A stretch of 36,981 nt of DNA from a virus (Duplodnaviria; Heunggongvirae; Uroviricota; Caudoviricetes), in IMG/VR virus record IMGVR_UViG_2703718854_000003; one strand, given 5' to 3'. The position numbers and the translations under genes are program-made. The notes below the pieces were generated by a model that saw only the letters and a program-made list of their open reading frames with translations, was not told where the DNA came from and did not search any database. Positions 26,980-36,981 of the stretch are shown piece by piece. Position 1 is the first letter of the stretch. Every line of letters begins with the position of its first letter.

Positions 26980-28152
26980 ATGGCTCAGGATTACCACCAC
27001 GGGGTGCGCGTTGTTGAAGTCAACGAAGGCACCCGATCCATTACCACGGTGAGCACCGCCATCGTGGGCATGGTCTGCACGGGCGATGATGCCGATGCAA
27101 AAATGTTTCCTCTTAATAAACCTGTACTGATCACTGATGTGCTTACCGCCAGCGGTAAAGCGGGTGAGTCCGGCACGCTGGCCCGTTCGCTGGATGCCAT
27201 CTCTGACCAGGCAAAACCCGTGACCGTTGTTGTGCGTGTGCCGCAGGGTGAAACGGAAGAAGAAACCACGACCAATATCATCGGCGCAGTGACCGCTGAA
27301 GGTAAAAAAACTGGCATGAAAGCCCTGTTATCTGCACAGGCACAGCTCGGCGTTAAACCGCGCATTCTCGGCGTGCCAGGTCACGATAACAAAGCCGTTG
27401 CTACTGAGTTGCTGAGCGTGGCGCAAAGCCTGCGTGGGTTTGCTTACCTGTCAGCGTATGGCTGCAAGACGATACAGGAGGCGATCACTTACCGCGAAAA
27501 CTTCAGCCAGCGCGAAGGGATGCTGATCTGGCCTGACTTTACTGGCTGGGACACGGTGCTGAATGCCGAAGCAACGGCATATGCCACCGCCCGTGCGCTT
27601 GGTCTGCGCGCCAAAATTGATGAGCAGACTGGATGGCACAAAAGCCTGTCCAACGTGGGCGTGAACGGTGTCACCGGAATTTCTGCTGATGTGTTCTGGG
27701 ATCTGCAGGACCCGGCAACCGATGCAGGTCTGCTGAACCAGAACGACGTCACCACGCTTGTGCGTAAAGACGGTTTCCGCTTCTGGGGTTCCCGCTGCCT
27801 GAGTGATGACCCGCTCTTTGCCTTCGAAAACTACACCCGCACGGCGCAGGTGCTGATGGACACGATGGCAGAAGCACACATGTGGGCGGTGGATAAACCG
27901 CTTAACCCGTCGCTGGCCCGCGACATTATCGAAGGTATCCGCGCCAAAATGCGCAGCCTGGTCAGTCAGGGCTATCTCATTGGTGGTGATTGCTGGCTGG
28001 ATGAGTCGGTGAACGACAAAGACACGCTGAAAGCCGGAAAACTCACCATCGACTATGACTACACGCCAGTGCCGCCACTTGAAAATCTGATGCTGCGCCA
28101 GCGCATCACCGATCAGTACCTGGTGAATTTCGCCAGCCAGGTCAGCGCGTAA
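26980..28152 (+). CDS. FI: Contractile tail sheath protein (P2 gpFI-like)
   Basis: 390 aa; N-terminus [19 protein letters not shown]...[12 protein letters not shown] resembles P2 FI as I recall it; synteny. Confidence 0.85.
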   Translation: MAQDYHHGVRVVEVNEGTRSITTVSTAIVGMVCTGDDADAKMFPLNKPVLITDVLTASGKAGESGTLARSLDAISDQAKPVTVVVRVPQGETEEETTTNIIGAVTAEGKKTGMKALLSAQAQLGVKPRILGVPGHDNKAVATELLSVAQSLRGFAYLSAYGCKTIQEAITYRENFSQREGMLIWPDFTGWDTVLNAEATAYATARALGLRAKIDEQTGWHKSLSNVGVNGVTGISADVFWDLQDPATDAGLLNQNDVTTLVRKDGFRFWGSRCLSDDPLFAFENYTRTAQVLMDTMAEAHMWAVDKPLNPSLARDIIEGIRAKMRSLVSQGYLIGGDCWLDESVNDKDTLKAGKLTIDYDYTPVPPLENLMLRQRITDQYLVNFASQVSA

Positions 28153-28161
28153 GGGGACAAC

Positions 28162-28677
28162 ATGGCTTTACCACGCAAATTAAAACATCTGAACCTGTTT
28201 AACGACGGGAACAACTGGCAGGGGATCGTTGAGTCGCTGACGCTGCCGAAATTCACCCGCAAATATGAGAAGTATCGCGGCGGCGGAATGCCGGGTGCAG
28301 TGGATGTGGATCTGGGACTGGATGACAGTGCACTGGATACAGAATTTTCCATTGGTGGTACTGAACTGCTGCTGTTTAAGCAGATGGGCAAATCCACGGT
28401 GGATGGCATCCAGCTGCGCTTTACCGGCTCTATCCAGCGTGACGATACCGGGGAAGTGCAGGCCGTGGAGCTTGTCGTGCGTGGACGTCACAAAGAAGTG
28501 GATTCCGGCGAGTGGAAGACGGGCGAAAGCAACACCACCAAAGTGACCAGTACCAACAGCTACGCGAAGCTGACCATCAATGGTGAGGTGCTCTATGAAG
28601 TGGACCTTATCAACATGGTGGAAATTGTGGACGGTGTGGACCTGATGGAAGCGCACCGCAACGCCCTCGGCCTCTGA
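28162..28677 (+). CDS. FII: Tail tube protein (P2 gpFII-like)
   Basis: 171 aa; immediately after the sheath gene. Confidence 0.85.
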   Translation: MALPRKLKHLNLFNDGNNWQGIVESLTLPKFTRKYEKYRGGGMPGAVDVDLGLDDSALDTEFSIGGTELLLFKQMGKSTVDGIQLRFTGSIQRDDTGEVQAVELVVRGRHKEVDSGEWKTGESNTTKVTSTNSYAKLTINGEVLYEVDLINMVEIVDGVDLMEAHRNALGL

Positions 28678-28731
28678 TGTATCTGAACGGCGCGGAATGC
28701 CGCGCCAGAACCTAATTTACAGGACAACAAA

Positions 28732-29034
28732 ATGAGCGATAAACAGACTGAAAAGACCATTCAACTGGATACCCCCATCATGCGCGGTAAAACAGAAATT
28801 ACCGAAATTGTGTTGCGTAAACCGCAGTCCGGTGCGCTGCGCGGCACACGCCTGCAGGCCATTATGGATATGGATGTGAACGCGATGATGACCGTGATCC
28901 CCCGCATCTCCAGTCCGGCACTGACTGCACAGGAAATCGCAGAGATGGACCCGGCAGATCTCACAGCCATGTCGGTTGAGGTTGTCACTTTTTTGTTGAA
29001 GAAGTCGGTGCTTGCCGGTTTACCGACAGCCTGA
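28732..29034 (+). CDS. E: Tail assembly chaperone (P2 gpE-like)
   Basis: 100 aa; precedes the tape-measure gene; contains slippery heptamer TTTTTTG at 28989-28995 near its 3' end. Confidence 0.75.
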   Translation: MSDKQTEKTIQLDTPIMRGKTEITEIVLRKPQSGALRGTRLQAIMDMDVNAMMTVIPRISSPALTAQEIAEMDPADLTAMSVEVVTFLLKKSVLAGLPTA

Positions 29035-29168
29035 CGGTTGACGATCTGGTGGCAGATATCGCCACCATTTTTCACTGGCCGCCATCCGTTACTGACGTTA
29101 TGCCGCTGACCGAAGTGCTGGAATGGCGGTATAAAGCGATTCAGAGAAGTGGGGCCAGCCATGAGTGA
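28732..29168 (+). CDS. E': Frameshift-extended chaperone (P2 gpE+E'-like), predicted -1 frameshift at 28989-28995
   Basis: After a -1 slip on T-TTT-TTG the reading frame stays open to TGA 29166-29168 (…FFVEEVGACRFTDSLTVDDLVADIATIFHWPPSVTDVMPLTEVLEWRYKAIQRSGASHE), ending where T starts. Confidence 0.6.
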
Positions 29169-32100
29169 CAATAACCTGCGTCTGCAGGTCATTCTTAATG
29201 CGGTTGACAAGCTCACCCGCCCATTTCGATCTGCGCAGGCCAGTTCAAGAGAACTGGCTGCTGCTGTCAAAAAATCCCGCGATGCAATAAAGCAGCTTGA
29301 TCAGGCCGGGAGCAGTCTGGACAGCTTCCGAAAGCTGCAGGCAGAAAATCAGAAATTAGGCGACAGGCTGAGCTATGCCCGCCAGCGTGCAAATTTGCTC
29401 AGTCAGGAACTGGGAGCGATGGGGCCGCCTTCGCAACGTCAGGTTGTTGCTCTGGGCCGTCAACGGCTGGCTGTTCAGCGCCTGGAAGAACGCCAGAAAA
29501 AGCTGCAGCAGCAGACGGCGCTTGTGCGTGCAGAACTTTATCGTGCTGGTATTTCAGCTAATGATGGTGCCAGTGCGACGGCCCGCATTACCCGTGAAAC
29601 GATGCGTTATAACAGGCAGCTTTCTGAGCAGGAAGCGAGGTTACGACGTGTCGGGGAGCAACAGCGAAAAATGCACGCCGCCCGAGGGGCTTACGCCAGG
29701 CGTCTTGAAGTAAGGGATCGGATTGCAGGTGCCGGAGCCACCACCACGGCTGCAGGGCTGGCAATGGGCGCACCAGTGATGGCGGCAGTAAAAAGCTATA
29801 CCAGCATGGAAGATGCCATGAAAGGTGTGGCAAAGCAGGTCAATGGTCTGCGTGACGATAATGGCAACCGCACTGCACGTTTTTATGAAATGCAGGATGC
29901 CATCAAGGCTGCCAGCGAACAATTGCCGATGGAAAACGGTGCGGTGGATTTCGCTGCACTGGTTGAAGGTGGTGCGCGCATGAACGTCGCAAACCCTGAC
30001 GACAGCTGGGAAGACCAGAAACGTGACCTGCTGGCCTTCGCCAGTACGGCAGCAAAGGCGGCAACAGCCTTTGAGCTGCCAGCGGATGAACTGTCAGAAA
30101 GTCTGGGGAAAATCGCCCAGCTCTACAAAATCCCTACCCGCAATATTGAACAGCTCGGTGATGCGCTGAATTATCTGGATGATAACGCCATGTCGAAAGG
30201 TGCAGACATCATTGATGTCATGCAACGCCTGGGCGGTGTGGCTGATCGTCTGGATTATCGTAAAGCGGCGGCGCTGGGTTCCACCTTCCTGACACTGGGC
30301 GCTGCGCCAGAGGTTGCAGCCAGTGCAGCAAACGCGATGGTGCGTGAATTGTCCATTGCCACCATGCAAAGCAAGAGTTTCTTTGAAGGGATGAATCTGC
30401 TGAAACTCAATCCTGAAGTGATTGAAAAGCAGATGACGAAGGATGCGATGGGAACCATCCAGCGCGTGCTGGAGAAGGTGAACGCACTGCCGCAGGACAA
30501 GCGTCTGTCTGCCATGACCATGTTGTTTGGTAAAGAGTTTGGTGATGACGCGGCGAAACTGGCAAACAACCTTCCGGAACTGCAGCGCCAGCTAAAACTG
30601 ACAGCGGGCAATGATGCGCTCGGTTCCATGCAGAAAGAATCCGACATCAACAAAGACTCACTTTCTGCTCAGTGGTTGCTGGTCAAAACCGGAGCGCAGA
30701 ACACCTTCAGCAGCCTGGGCGAAACGCTGCGCCAACCGCTGATGGATATTCTGTACACGGTGAAAAGCATCACGGGGGCGTTGCGCCGCTGGGTGGAAGC
30801 TAACCCGGAACTGACAGGCACACTGATGAAAGCAGCGGCTGTTGTGGCTGCGGTTACTGTCGGCCTCGGCACCTTAGCGGTGGCGCTGGCTGCAGTGCTG
30901 GGGCCGCTGGCAGTGATCCGTCTGGGATTCTCTGTGCTGGGTATCAAAACGTTACCTTCCGTTACGGCAGCAGTAACTCGAACCAGCAGCGCGTTGTCCT
31001 GGTTAGCTGGCGCACCACTGATACTGCTGCGACGCGGGCTTGCTTCATCGGGCAACGCTGCGGGTTTACTTACTGCACCGTTGTCATCTTTGCGCCGCAC
31101 GGCATCACTGACGGGAAATGTCATGAAAACTGTAGCAGGTGCGCCGGTTGCACTTTTGCGGTCTGGATTATCCGGTTTACGTGCTGTTGCTGTGATGTTT
31201 ATGAATCCTCTGGCGGTACTGCGCGGTGGACTGGTCGCCGCAGGCACGGTGCTGCGAGTACTGGCATCTGGTCCACTGGCGATGCTGCGCGTTGCCCTGT
31301 ATGCCGTATCTGGTCTGTTAGGTGCTCTGCTCAGTCCGATAGGTCTTGTGGTTACTGCACTGGCGGGCGTGGCGCTGGTTGTCTGGAAATACTGGCAACC
31401 CATCACCGCATTTCTTGGTGGCGTGGTGGAAGGATTCAAAGCGGCGGCAGGTCCCGTCAGTGCAGCATTCGAACCACTTAAGCCTGTGTTCCAGTGGATT
31501 GGCGACAAAGTGCAGGCGCTGTGGGGCTGGTTTACTGATCTGCTGACGCCCGTTAAGTCGACCTCTGCCGAACTGCAGAGCGCAGCGGCAATGGGGCGGC
31601 GATTCGGGGAGGCACTGGCGGAAGGGCTGAATATGGTCATGCATCCGCTGGACTCCCTGAAATCCGGCGTTTCCTGGTTGCTGGAGAAGCTCGGCATTGT
31701 CAGTAAAGAGGCCGCAAAGGCAAAACTGCCGGAAAGCGTGACGCGTCAGCAACCTGCGACGGTGAATGCAGACGGTAAAGTGATGATGCCATCGGGTGGT
31801 TTTCCATCATGGGGATATGGCTTTGCGGGGATGTATGACAGCGGCGGGTATATCCCGCGCGGGCAGTTTGGCATCGTCGGTGAAAACGGGCCGGAAATTG
31901 TTAACGGCCCGGCAAATGTGACCAGCCGGAGAAATACAGCTGCACTGGCTGCCGTTGTTGCCGGAATGATGGGCGTTGCTGCCGCGCCAGCAGAGCTTCC
32001 ACCGTTGCACCCTTTGGCACTTCCCGCGAAAGGTGGAGAAGCAATTGTGAGTCGCGCAGCCACTGTGCCGCTCGTTCAACGGATTGAGGCACCGACGAAG

Positions 32101-32238
32101 ATCATCATTCAGACGCAGCCAGGACAAAGTGCGCAGGATATTGCGCGGGAGGTGGCACGCCAGCTTGATGAACGTGAACGCAGGCTGAAGGCAAAAGCCA
32201 GGAGTAACTACAGCGATCAGGGGGGATACGACGCATGA
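29161..32238 (+). CDS. T: Tail tape measure protein (P2 gpT-like)
   Basis: About 1025 aa with coiled-coil N-terminus and a hydrophobic Ala/Gly/Leu/Val-rich central region; start at ATG 29161 rather than the ORF-track 29149. Confidence 0.85.
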   Translation: MSDNNLRLQVILNAVDKLTRPFRSAQASSRELAAAVKKSRDAIKQLDQAGSSLDSFRKLQAENQKLGDRLSYARQRANLLSQELGAMGPPSQRQVVALGRQRLAVQRLEERQKKLQQQTALVRAELYRAGISANDGASATARITRETMRYNRQLSEQEARLRRVGEQQRKMHAARGAYARRLEVRDRIAGAGATTTAAGLAMGAPVMAAVKSYTSMEDAMKGVAKQVNGLRDDNGNRTARFYEMQDAIKAASEQLPMENGAVDFAALVEGGARMNVANPDDSWEDQKRDLLAFASTAAKAATAFELPADELSESLGKIAQLYKIPTRNIEQLGDALNYLDDNAMSKGADIIDVMQRLGGVADRLDYRKAAALGSTFLTLGAAPEVAASAANAMVRELSIATMQSKSFFEGMNLLKLNPEVIEKQMTKDAMGTIQRVLEKVNALPQDKRLSAMTMLFGKEFGDDAAKLANNLPELQRQLKLTAGNDALGSMQKESDINKDSLSAQWLLVKTGAQNTFSSLGETLRQPLMDILYTVKSITGALRRWVEANPELTGTLMKAAAVVAAVTVGLGTLAVALAAVLGPLAVIRLGFSVLGIKTLPSVTAAVTRTSSALSWLAGAPLILLRRGLASSGNAAGLLTAPLSSLRRTASLTGNVMKTVAGAPVALLRSGLSGLRAVAVMFMNPLAVLRGGLVAAGTVLRVLASGPLAMLRVALYAVSGLLGALLSPIGLVVTALAGVALVVWKYWQPITAFLGGVVEGFKAAAGPVSAAFEPLKPVFQWIGDKVQALWGWFTDLLTPVKSTSAELQSAAAMGRRFGEALAEGLNMVMHPLDSLKSGVSWLLEKLGIVSKEAAKAKLPESVTRQQPATVNADGKVMMPSGGFPSWGYGFAGMYDSGGYIPRGQFGIVGENGPEIVNGPANVTSRRNTAALAAVVAGMMGVAAAPAELPPLHPLALPAKGGEAIVSRAATVPLVQRIEAPTKIIIQTQPGQSAQDIAREVARQLDERERRLKAKARSNYSDQGGYDA

Positions 32239-32720
32239 TGATGGTGCTGGGATTGTACGTGTTTATGCTGCGCACTGTGCCGTATCAGGAACTGCAGTAT
32301 CAACGCAGCTGGCGACATGCGGCAAACAGCCGGGTAAACCGACGTCCGTCCACGCAGTTTCTGGGACCGGAAAACGACATGCTGACGCTTTCCGGTGTTC
32401 TTATGCCGGAGATAACAGGCGGCAGGCTGTCGTTGCTGGCACTGGAACAGATGGCAGAACAGGGGAAAGCATGGCCCCTGATTGAAGGCAGTGGCACGAT
32501 TTACGGCATGTATGTGATTGAGGGACTGAATCAGACTAAAACGGAGTTTTTCCGCGACGGTATGCCGCGCCGGATTGAGTTCACCCTGTCGCTCAAACGA
32601 GTGGATGAATCCCTGTCCGATATGTTCGGTGATCTCAGTGCGCAACTGAATAATCTGCAGGAAACGGCAACATCTGCTTTAAGCGATATCAGTAAAACGG
32701 TGGGAGGGCTGCTGTCGTGA
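32235..32720 (+). CDS. U: Tail protein (P2 gpU-like)
   Basis: 161 aa; start overlaps the T stop; synteny. Confidence 0.75.
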   Translation: MMMVLGLYVFMLRTVPYQELQYQRSWRHAANSRVNRRPSTQFLGPENDMLTLSGVLMPEITGGRLSLLALEQMAEQGKAWPLIEGSGTIYGMYVIEGLNQTKTEFFRDGMPRRIEFTLSLKRVDESLSDMFGDLSAQLNNLQETATSALSDISKTVGGLLS

Positions 32721-33817
32721 ATTTCAGCTCTGAACTGCTTAACAAAGGCAACAAAACTCCCGCATTCAGCATCAGTATTGAGGGCAGGGATATCACCACT
32801 GTCCAGGATAATCGCCTGATGAGTCTGACGCTGACGGACAATCGGGGCTTTGAAGCAGACCAGCTTGATCTGGAGCTGGACGACGCCGACGGAAAAATCG
32901 TGCTGCCGCGCCGTGGTGCGGCCATTACGCTGGCGCTGGGCTGGAAAGGGCAGCCGCTTTTCCCGAAAGGGGCATTCACGGTGGACGAGATTGAACACAC
33001 TGGCGCACCGGACCGCCTGACTATCCGGGCGCGAAGTGCTGATTTTCGTGAAACGCTGAATACCCGCCGTGAAAAGTCGTGGCACAAGACTACGGTCGGG
33101 GAAGTAGTGAAGGAAATAGCTGCGCGTCACAAACTGAAGATGGCACTGGGTAAAGACCTGTCGGATAAACCCGTGGATCATATAGACCAGACTAATGAGA
33201 GTGACGGCAGTTTTTTGATGCGGCTGGCGCGCCAGTACGGTGCCATTGCATCGGTGAAAAATGGCAATCTGTTATTCATCCGGCAGGGACAGGGCAAAAG
33301 CGCCAGCGGTAAACCACTACCGGTGATCACTATCACACGTAAGGACGGCGACAGTCACCGCTTTACCCTGGCAGATCGCGGAGCTTACACGGGGGTAATT
33401 GCCAGCTGGTTGCATACCCGCGAACCCGCGAAGAAAGAAAGCACTACGGTGAAGCGTAAGCGCAGGACTAAGAAGCAGAAGAAAGAGCCGGAAGCGAAGC
33501 AGGGCGATTACCTGGTGGGGACGGATGAAAACGTGCTGGTACTTAATCGCACTTATGCCAACCGGAGCAACGCCGAACGAGCGGCAAAAATGCAGTGGGA
33601 ACGCCTGCAACGCGGCGTTGCGTCATTCTCGCTACAACTGGCGGAAGGGCGGGCAGATCTCTACACGGAAATGCCAGTGAAAGTCAGTGGCTTTAAACAG
33701 CCGATAGATGATGCGGAATGGACTATTACGACTCTGACACATACTGTCAGCCCGGATAACGGTTTTACAACCAGTATTGAACTCGAAGTGAAGATTGATG
33801 ATTTCGAAATGGAATGA
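32717..33817 (+). CDS. D: Tail protein / late control protein (P2 gpD-like)
   Basis: 366 aa; GTG start overlapping the U stop; synteny T-U-D-ogr. Confidence 0.75.
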   Translation: MNFSSELLNKGNKTPAFSISIEGRDITTVQDNRLMSLTLTDNRGFEADQLDLELDDADGKIVLPRRGAAITLALGWKGQPLFPKGAFTVDEIEHTGAPDRLTIRARSADFRETLNTRREKSWHKTTVGEVVKEIAARHKLKMALGKDLSDKPVDHIDQTNESDGSFLMRLARQYGAIASVKNGNLLFIRQGQGKSASGKPLPVITITRKDGDSHRFTLADRGAYTGVIASWLHTREPAKKESTTVKRKRRTKKQKKEPEAKQGDYLVGTDENVLVLNRTYANRSNAERAAKMQWERLQRGVASFSLQLAEGRADLYTEMPVKVSGFKQPIDDAEWTITTLTHTVSPDNGFTTSIELEVKIDDFEME

Positions 33818-33907
33818 TTCTTCGCAATGGAGAACTTTTAAGTTTGCAAAATGGAATAATACGGTATCATTATTGTGAATTTAGCAAAAATGGGGAGAAC
33901 TCGAAAA

Positions 33908-34126
33908 ATGATGATTTGCCCACTGTGTGGAAGTGCCGCCCATACTCGCAGCAGTTTTCAGGTATCTTCATTGACCAAAGAGCGTTACAACCAGTGCCAG
34001 AACATTAACTGCAGCCATACTTTTGTTACCCATGAAACTTTTGTTCGTTCGATTGCAACGCCAAAAGAGTCAAATCCGGTTCAGCCGCATCCAATGAAAT
34101 CAGGACAGGTGGTGCTCTCTCTTTGA
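33908..34126 (+). CDS. ogr: Ogr/Delta-family zinc-finger late transcription activator
   Basis: MMICPLCGSAAHTRSS...KERYNQCQNINCSHTF matches the P2 Ogr C2-C2 finger (CPLC...H.R...KERYHQCQNVNCSATF) as I recall it; start at ATG 33908 or 33911 rather than 33875. Confidence 0.85.
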   Translation: MMICPLCGSAAHTRSSFQVSSLTKERYNQCQNINCSHTFVTHETFVRSIATPKESNPVQPHPMKSGQVVLSL

Positions 34127-34205
34127 CGCTGCCGCCATTTTGTCGCCATCGTTAAAAAGCAGTGCTTCTAACATCATGATTTTAAAAGGCATAAATTTCA
34201 GACAA

Positions 34206-34249
34206 CAAAAAACCCATCAACCTTGAACCGAAATGGCGGGGTTGATGGG
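34206..34249 (-). terminator. Terminator-like hairpin downstream of ybjL (minus strand), also a candidate prophage/host junction landmark
   Basis: 10-bp stem CCCATCAACC/GGTTGATGGG; on the minus strand it is followed by TTTTTT. Loop is long (17 nt). Confidence 0.45.
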
Positions 34250-34361
34250 CTCCACAAAATGGGGACATCAAAGAAAAGCAGTGGCACTAATTAAGACTGA
34301 TGCCCTGCGGAAAAGTTCTGCGGTTGTGCAAAAAAATTTCATTTTCAGGGCAACTTCAGTT

Positions 34362-36047
34362 TTATCCTAATCCTGGCCATACCATGACGATGATTGTCCC
34401 TGCCAGCGTCAGCAGGACGTTGGCGATTGCATAGGTGCCCGCATAGCCCAGCGCCGGGATGTTACTGCGAGCTGTATCACTGATGATCTCCATTGCCGGC
34501 GCGCAGGTACGTGCGCCCATCATTGCGCCGAACAACAGCGCGCGGTTCATTCGCAATACATAAGCACCGAACAAGAAACAGATAACCACGGGCACCAGAC
34601 TGACAATCAATCCGGCAATCAACATCTGACCGCCAATCGCGCCCAGGCCGTTATTAATACCGCTACCGGCGCTCAGACCAACGCCTGCCATAAACACCAT
34701 CAAGCCGAACTCTTTCACCATGCTTAATGCACCCTGCGGAATGTAACCGAAGGTCGGGTGGTTAGCACGCATAAAGCCCAGCATAATTCCGGCGAATAAC
34801 AACCCGGCAGCGTTCCCCATGCCGAAACTGAATGTGCTGAACTGGAAGGTGATCATCCCGATCATCAGCCCAATAACAAAGAAGGCGCAGAATGCCAGCA
34901 GGTCAGTGACCTGGCTGTGAATCGAGATAAAGCCGATGCGATCGGCGATGGTTTTTACGCGGCGGGCATCGCCGCTGACTTGTAAAACGTCACCTTTGTT
35001 AAGCACGACGTTGTCATCTATCGGCATCTCAATCTGGCTACGAATGACGCGGTTAAGGAAGCAACCGTGATCGGTCAACTTCAGTTGTGCGAGACGTTTA
35101 CCTACAGCGTTATGGTTTTTAACGACCACTTCTTCAGTGACGATACGCATGTCGAGAAGGTCACGATCGAAAACTTCTTTACCGTTACGGAAGCTGGGAT
35201 CGAGTCGGGCATGGGCGTCGGGATAGCCTACCAACGCTATTTCATCGCCCATTTGTAGCACGGCATCACCGTCTGGATTTGCCAGAATCCCGTTACGTCG
35301 AATACGTTCAATGTAGCAGCCGGTTTGTCGATAAATACCCAGTTCACGCAGATTTTTGCCGTCGGTCCAGGCCACCAGTTCCGGGCCGACGCGATAGGCG
35401 CGGATCACCGGTAAATAAACCTTACGGTTGGCATCAGTGTCCAGGCCACGTTCGCGGGCGATTTGCTGGGCGCTGGTCTGTAAGTCCTGATGCTGCAATT
35501 TCGGCAAGTAACGCGCACCAACAATCAAACTCACCAGACCGATTAAATAGGTTAAGGCATACCCGAGGCTCAGATTATCCAGTGCCAGTGAGAGCTGCCT
35601 GCTTTCCATGCCGGAATGACGCAGTGTATCGCCAGCACCGACCAGAACCGGTGTCGACGTCATAGAGCCTGCTAACATACCGGCCGTCAGGCCAATATCC
35701 CAGCCAAACAGCTTACCTAACCCTAAGGCGATCACCAGCGCACTGCCAACCATCACCAGTGCTAACATTAGGTAATTTTTCCCATCGCGAAAAAAAATGG
35801 AAAAAAAGTTCGGTCCGGCTTCGACCCCGACGCAGAAAATAAACAGCATAAAGCCAAGATTAAGCGCATCGGTGTTAATGCTGAAATGTTGTTGGCCTAA
35901 TAACAGCGATACGACTAAAACGCCAATGGAATTACCCAGTTGGATCGAACCAAGTCGTAACTTTCCGAGACATAGCCCAAGCGCGAGGACCACAAATAAT
36001 AACAGAATGTAATTCCCATTTAACAATTCGGCGACGTTTATATTCAC
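34362..36047 (-). CDS. ybjL: Putative AAE-family transporter YbjL (host gene)
   Basis: 561-aa polytopic membrane protein with central soluble duplicated domains; N-terminus [20 protein letters not shown]... recognised as E. coli YbjL from memory. Confidence 0.8.
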
Positions 36048-36316
36048 GGAGGCTAACTTCTTGTTTACTAGTAAGCTGTTGAAAGAAATGGTAATTTACG
36101 ATAATGTTTTTTACCAGAATTCAGGGCGCAGATTCATTCAGCGCACCTAAACGATAGTAAAGTAACAATATATTTTACTAGTGTAATCACATTAGGTATC
36201 AACGGCTATATGAATTGCGTTGGCCTATATTAGCATGGAATGCGAAGCGGCTTTATCTTACTGAACGCCACACTGGCGAAAAATGTGTTCGATAGACGCA
36301 GTGTCAGGAGGAACGA

Positions 36317-36694
36317 GTGAAACATAAACAACGTTGGGCGGGGGCAATCTGCTGTTTTGTCCTCTTCATTGTGGTGTGCCTTTTTCTGGCGACGCACATG
36401 AAAGGCGCTTTTCGGGCTGCCGGGCATCCTGAAATCGGCTTGCTATTTTTCATTCTTCCTGGAGCAGTCGCCAGCTTCTTTTCACAGCGTAGAGAAGTCC
36501 TGAAACCTCTGTTTGGCGCAATGCTGGCGGCACCCTGTTCGATGCTCATTATGCGGCTGTTTTTTTCACCGACGCGCTCATTCTGGCAAGAGCTGGCATG
36601 GTTACTAAGCGCGGTGTTCTGGTGTGCGCTGGGGGCACTGTGTTTCTTATTTATCAGTAGTTTGTTTAAACCACAGCACAGAAAAAATCAGTAA
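36317..36694 (+). CDS. ybjM: Inner membrane protein YbjM (host gene)
   Basis: 125-aa membrane protein, divergent from ybjL and next to grxA, matching the E. coli ybjL-ybjM-grxA order. Confidence 0.7.
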   Translation: MKHKQRWAGAICCFVLFIVVCLFLATHMKGAFRAAGHPEIGLLFFILPGAVASFFSQRREVLKPLFGAMLAAPCSMLIMRLFFSPTRSFWQELAWLLSAVFWCALGALCFLFISSLFKPQHRKNQ

Positions 36695-36714
36695 AGCCCT
36701 CAACGCGAGGGCTT
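36694..36714. terminator. Bidirectional terminator hairpin between convergent ybjM and grxA
   Basis: AAGCCCTC-AACGC-GAGGGCTT between the two convergent stops. Confidence 0.5.
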
Positions 36715-36723
36715 GTCAGACGA

Positions 36724-36981
36724 TCAGGCGTCCAGATTTTCTTTCACCCATGCAGCAAAATCGGTATAGCCGCCGATATGTTGCTGATCGACAAAAATCT
36801 GCGGCACGGTTTCTACGGGTTTACCTGCCTTTTGTTGTAGATCTTCTTTAGTGATCCCTTCCGCACGAATATCTACATACTGATACTGAAAATCATCGCG
36901 TTCATTGCTCAATTTCTCAGCCAGATCTTTTGCACGCACACAGTAAGGGCAACCCGAACGACCAAAAATAACGGTTTGCAT
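36724..36981 (-). CDS. grxA: Glutaredoxin 1 (host gene)
   Basis: 85 aa with CPYC active site (MQTVIFGRSGCPYCVRAKDL...); start codon is the last 3 nt of the window. Confidence 0.85.
   Translation of the reverse strand: MQTVIFGRSGCPYCVRAKDLAEKLSNERDDFQYQYVDIRAEGITKEDLQQKAGKPVETVPQIFVDQQHIGGYTDFAAWVKENLDA

Larger units (their letters stand above)
1..34200. mobile_element. P2/186-like temperate myovirus prophage; int-proximal end lies outside the window, ogr-proximal end near 34130-34200
   Basis: Complete P2-order late gene set, 186-type CI, integrase, replication gene A and ogr; host genes begin at 34362. Exact att core not determinable without the other junction. Confidence 0.85.

Noticed and set aside
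28689-28706. GC hairpin GGCGCGG-AATG-CCGCGCC between FII and E
   Set aside because: No adjacent T-run, so not a clear intrinsic terminator; possibly an mRNA processing or attenuation element, but unsupported.
29149-29160. ORF-track start of the tape-measure gene (MGPAMSDNN)
   Set aside because: ATG 29161 coincides with the end of the E' frame, the usual coupling arrangement.
29588-32127. Multiple minus-strand ORFs (81-342 aa) inside the tape-measure gene
   Set aside because: Antisense shadow ORFs in a GC-rich, low-stop-frequency region; Ala/Pro/Ser/Thr-rich low-complexity translations.
33875-33907. N-terminal extension of ogr (MNLAKMGRTRK)
   Set aside because: Ogr-family proteins begin just before the CPLC finger; ATG 33908/33911 fits, the extension does not.

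Overview
The window is almost entirely one P2/186-family temperate myovirus prophage (about 1-34200), ending next to host genes that I recognise as E. coli ybjL, ybjM and grxA (34362-36981). Reading left to right: integrase; an immunity region with a 186-type CI repressor that carries a duplicated N-terminal DNA-binding domain and is followed by an AT-rich coiled-coil/membrane protein gene; an early operon (Apl/Cox-like, CII-like, small ORFs, TraR-like zinc finger, Dam methylase, replication initiator A); a LexA-box-controlled small-protein/DinI-like pair; and a cargo region between gene A and the portal gene. That cargo region holds a two-gene membrane-protein module, a cos-like GC-rich motif and a retron-like cassette (structured non-coding region with a long hairpin, an NDT-like effector candidate and a retron-type reverse transcriptase). 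The rest is a complete P2-order late region (Q P | O N M L X, lysis cassette, R S V W J I H, tail-fibre assembly, FI FII E/E' T U D, ogr) with three TGT-N12-ACA late-promoter motifs, an E/E' slippery site, and an invertible tail-fibre segment served by a Hin/Gin-type serine invertase. All calls rest on reading the translated ORFs, motif recognition and synteny from memory; no database search was run. I found no CRISPR array, tRNA or rRNA. The most interesting candidates are the retron cassette, the lysogen-expressed membrane protein downstream of cI, and the two-gene membrane module next to cos.
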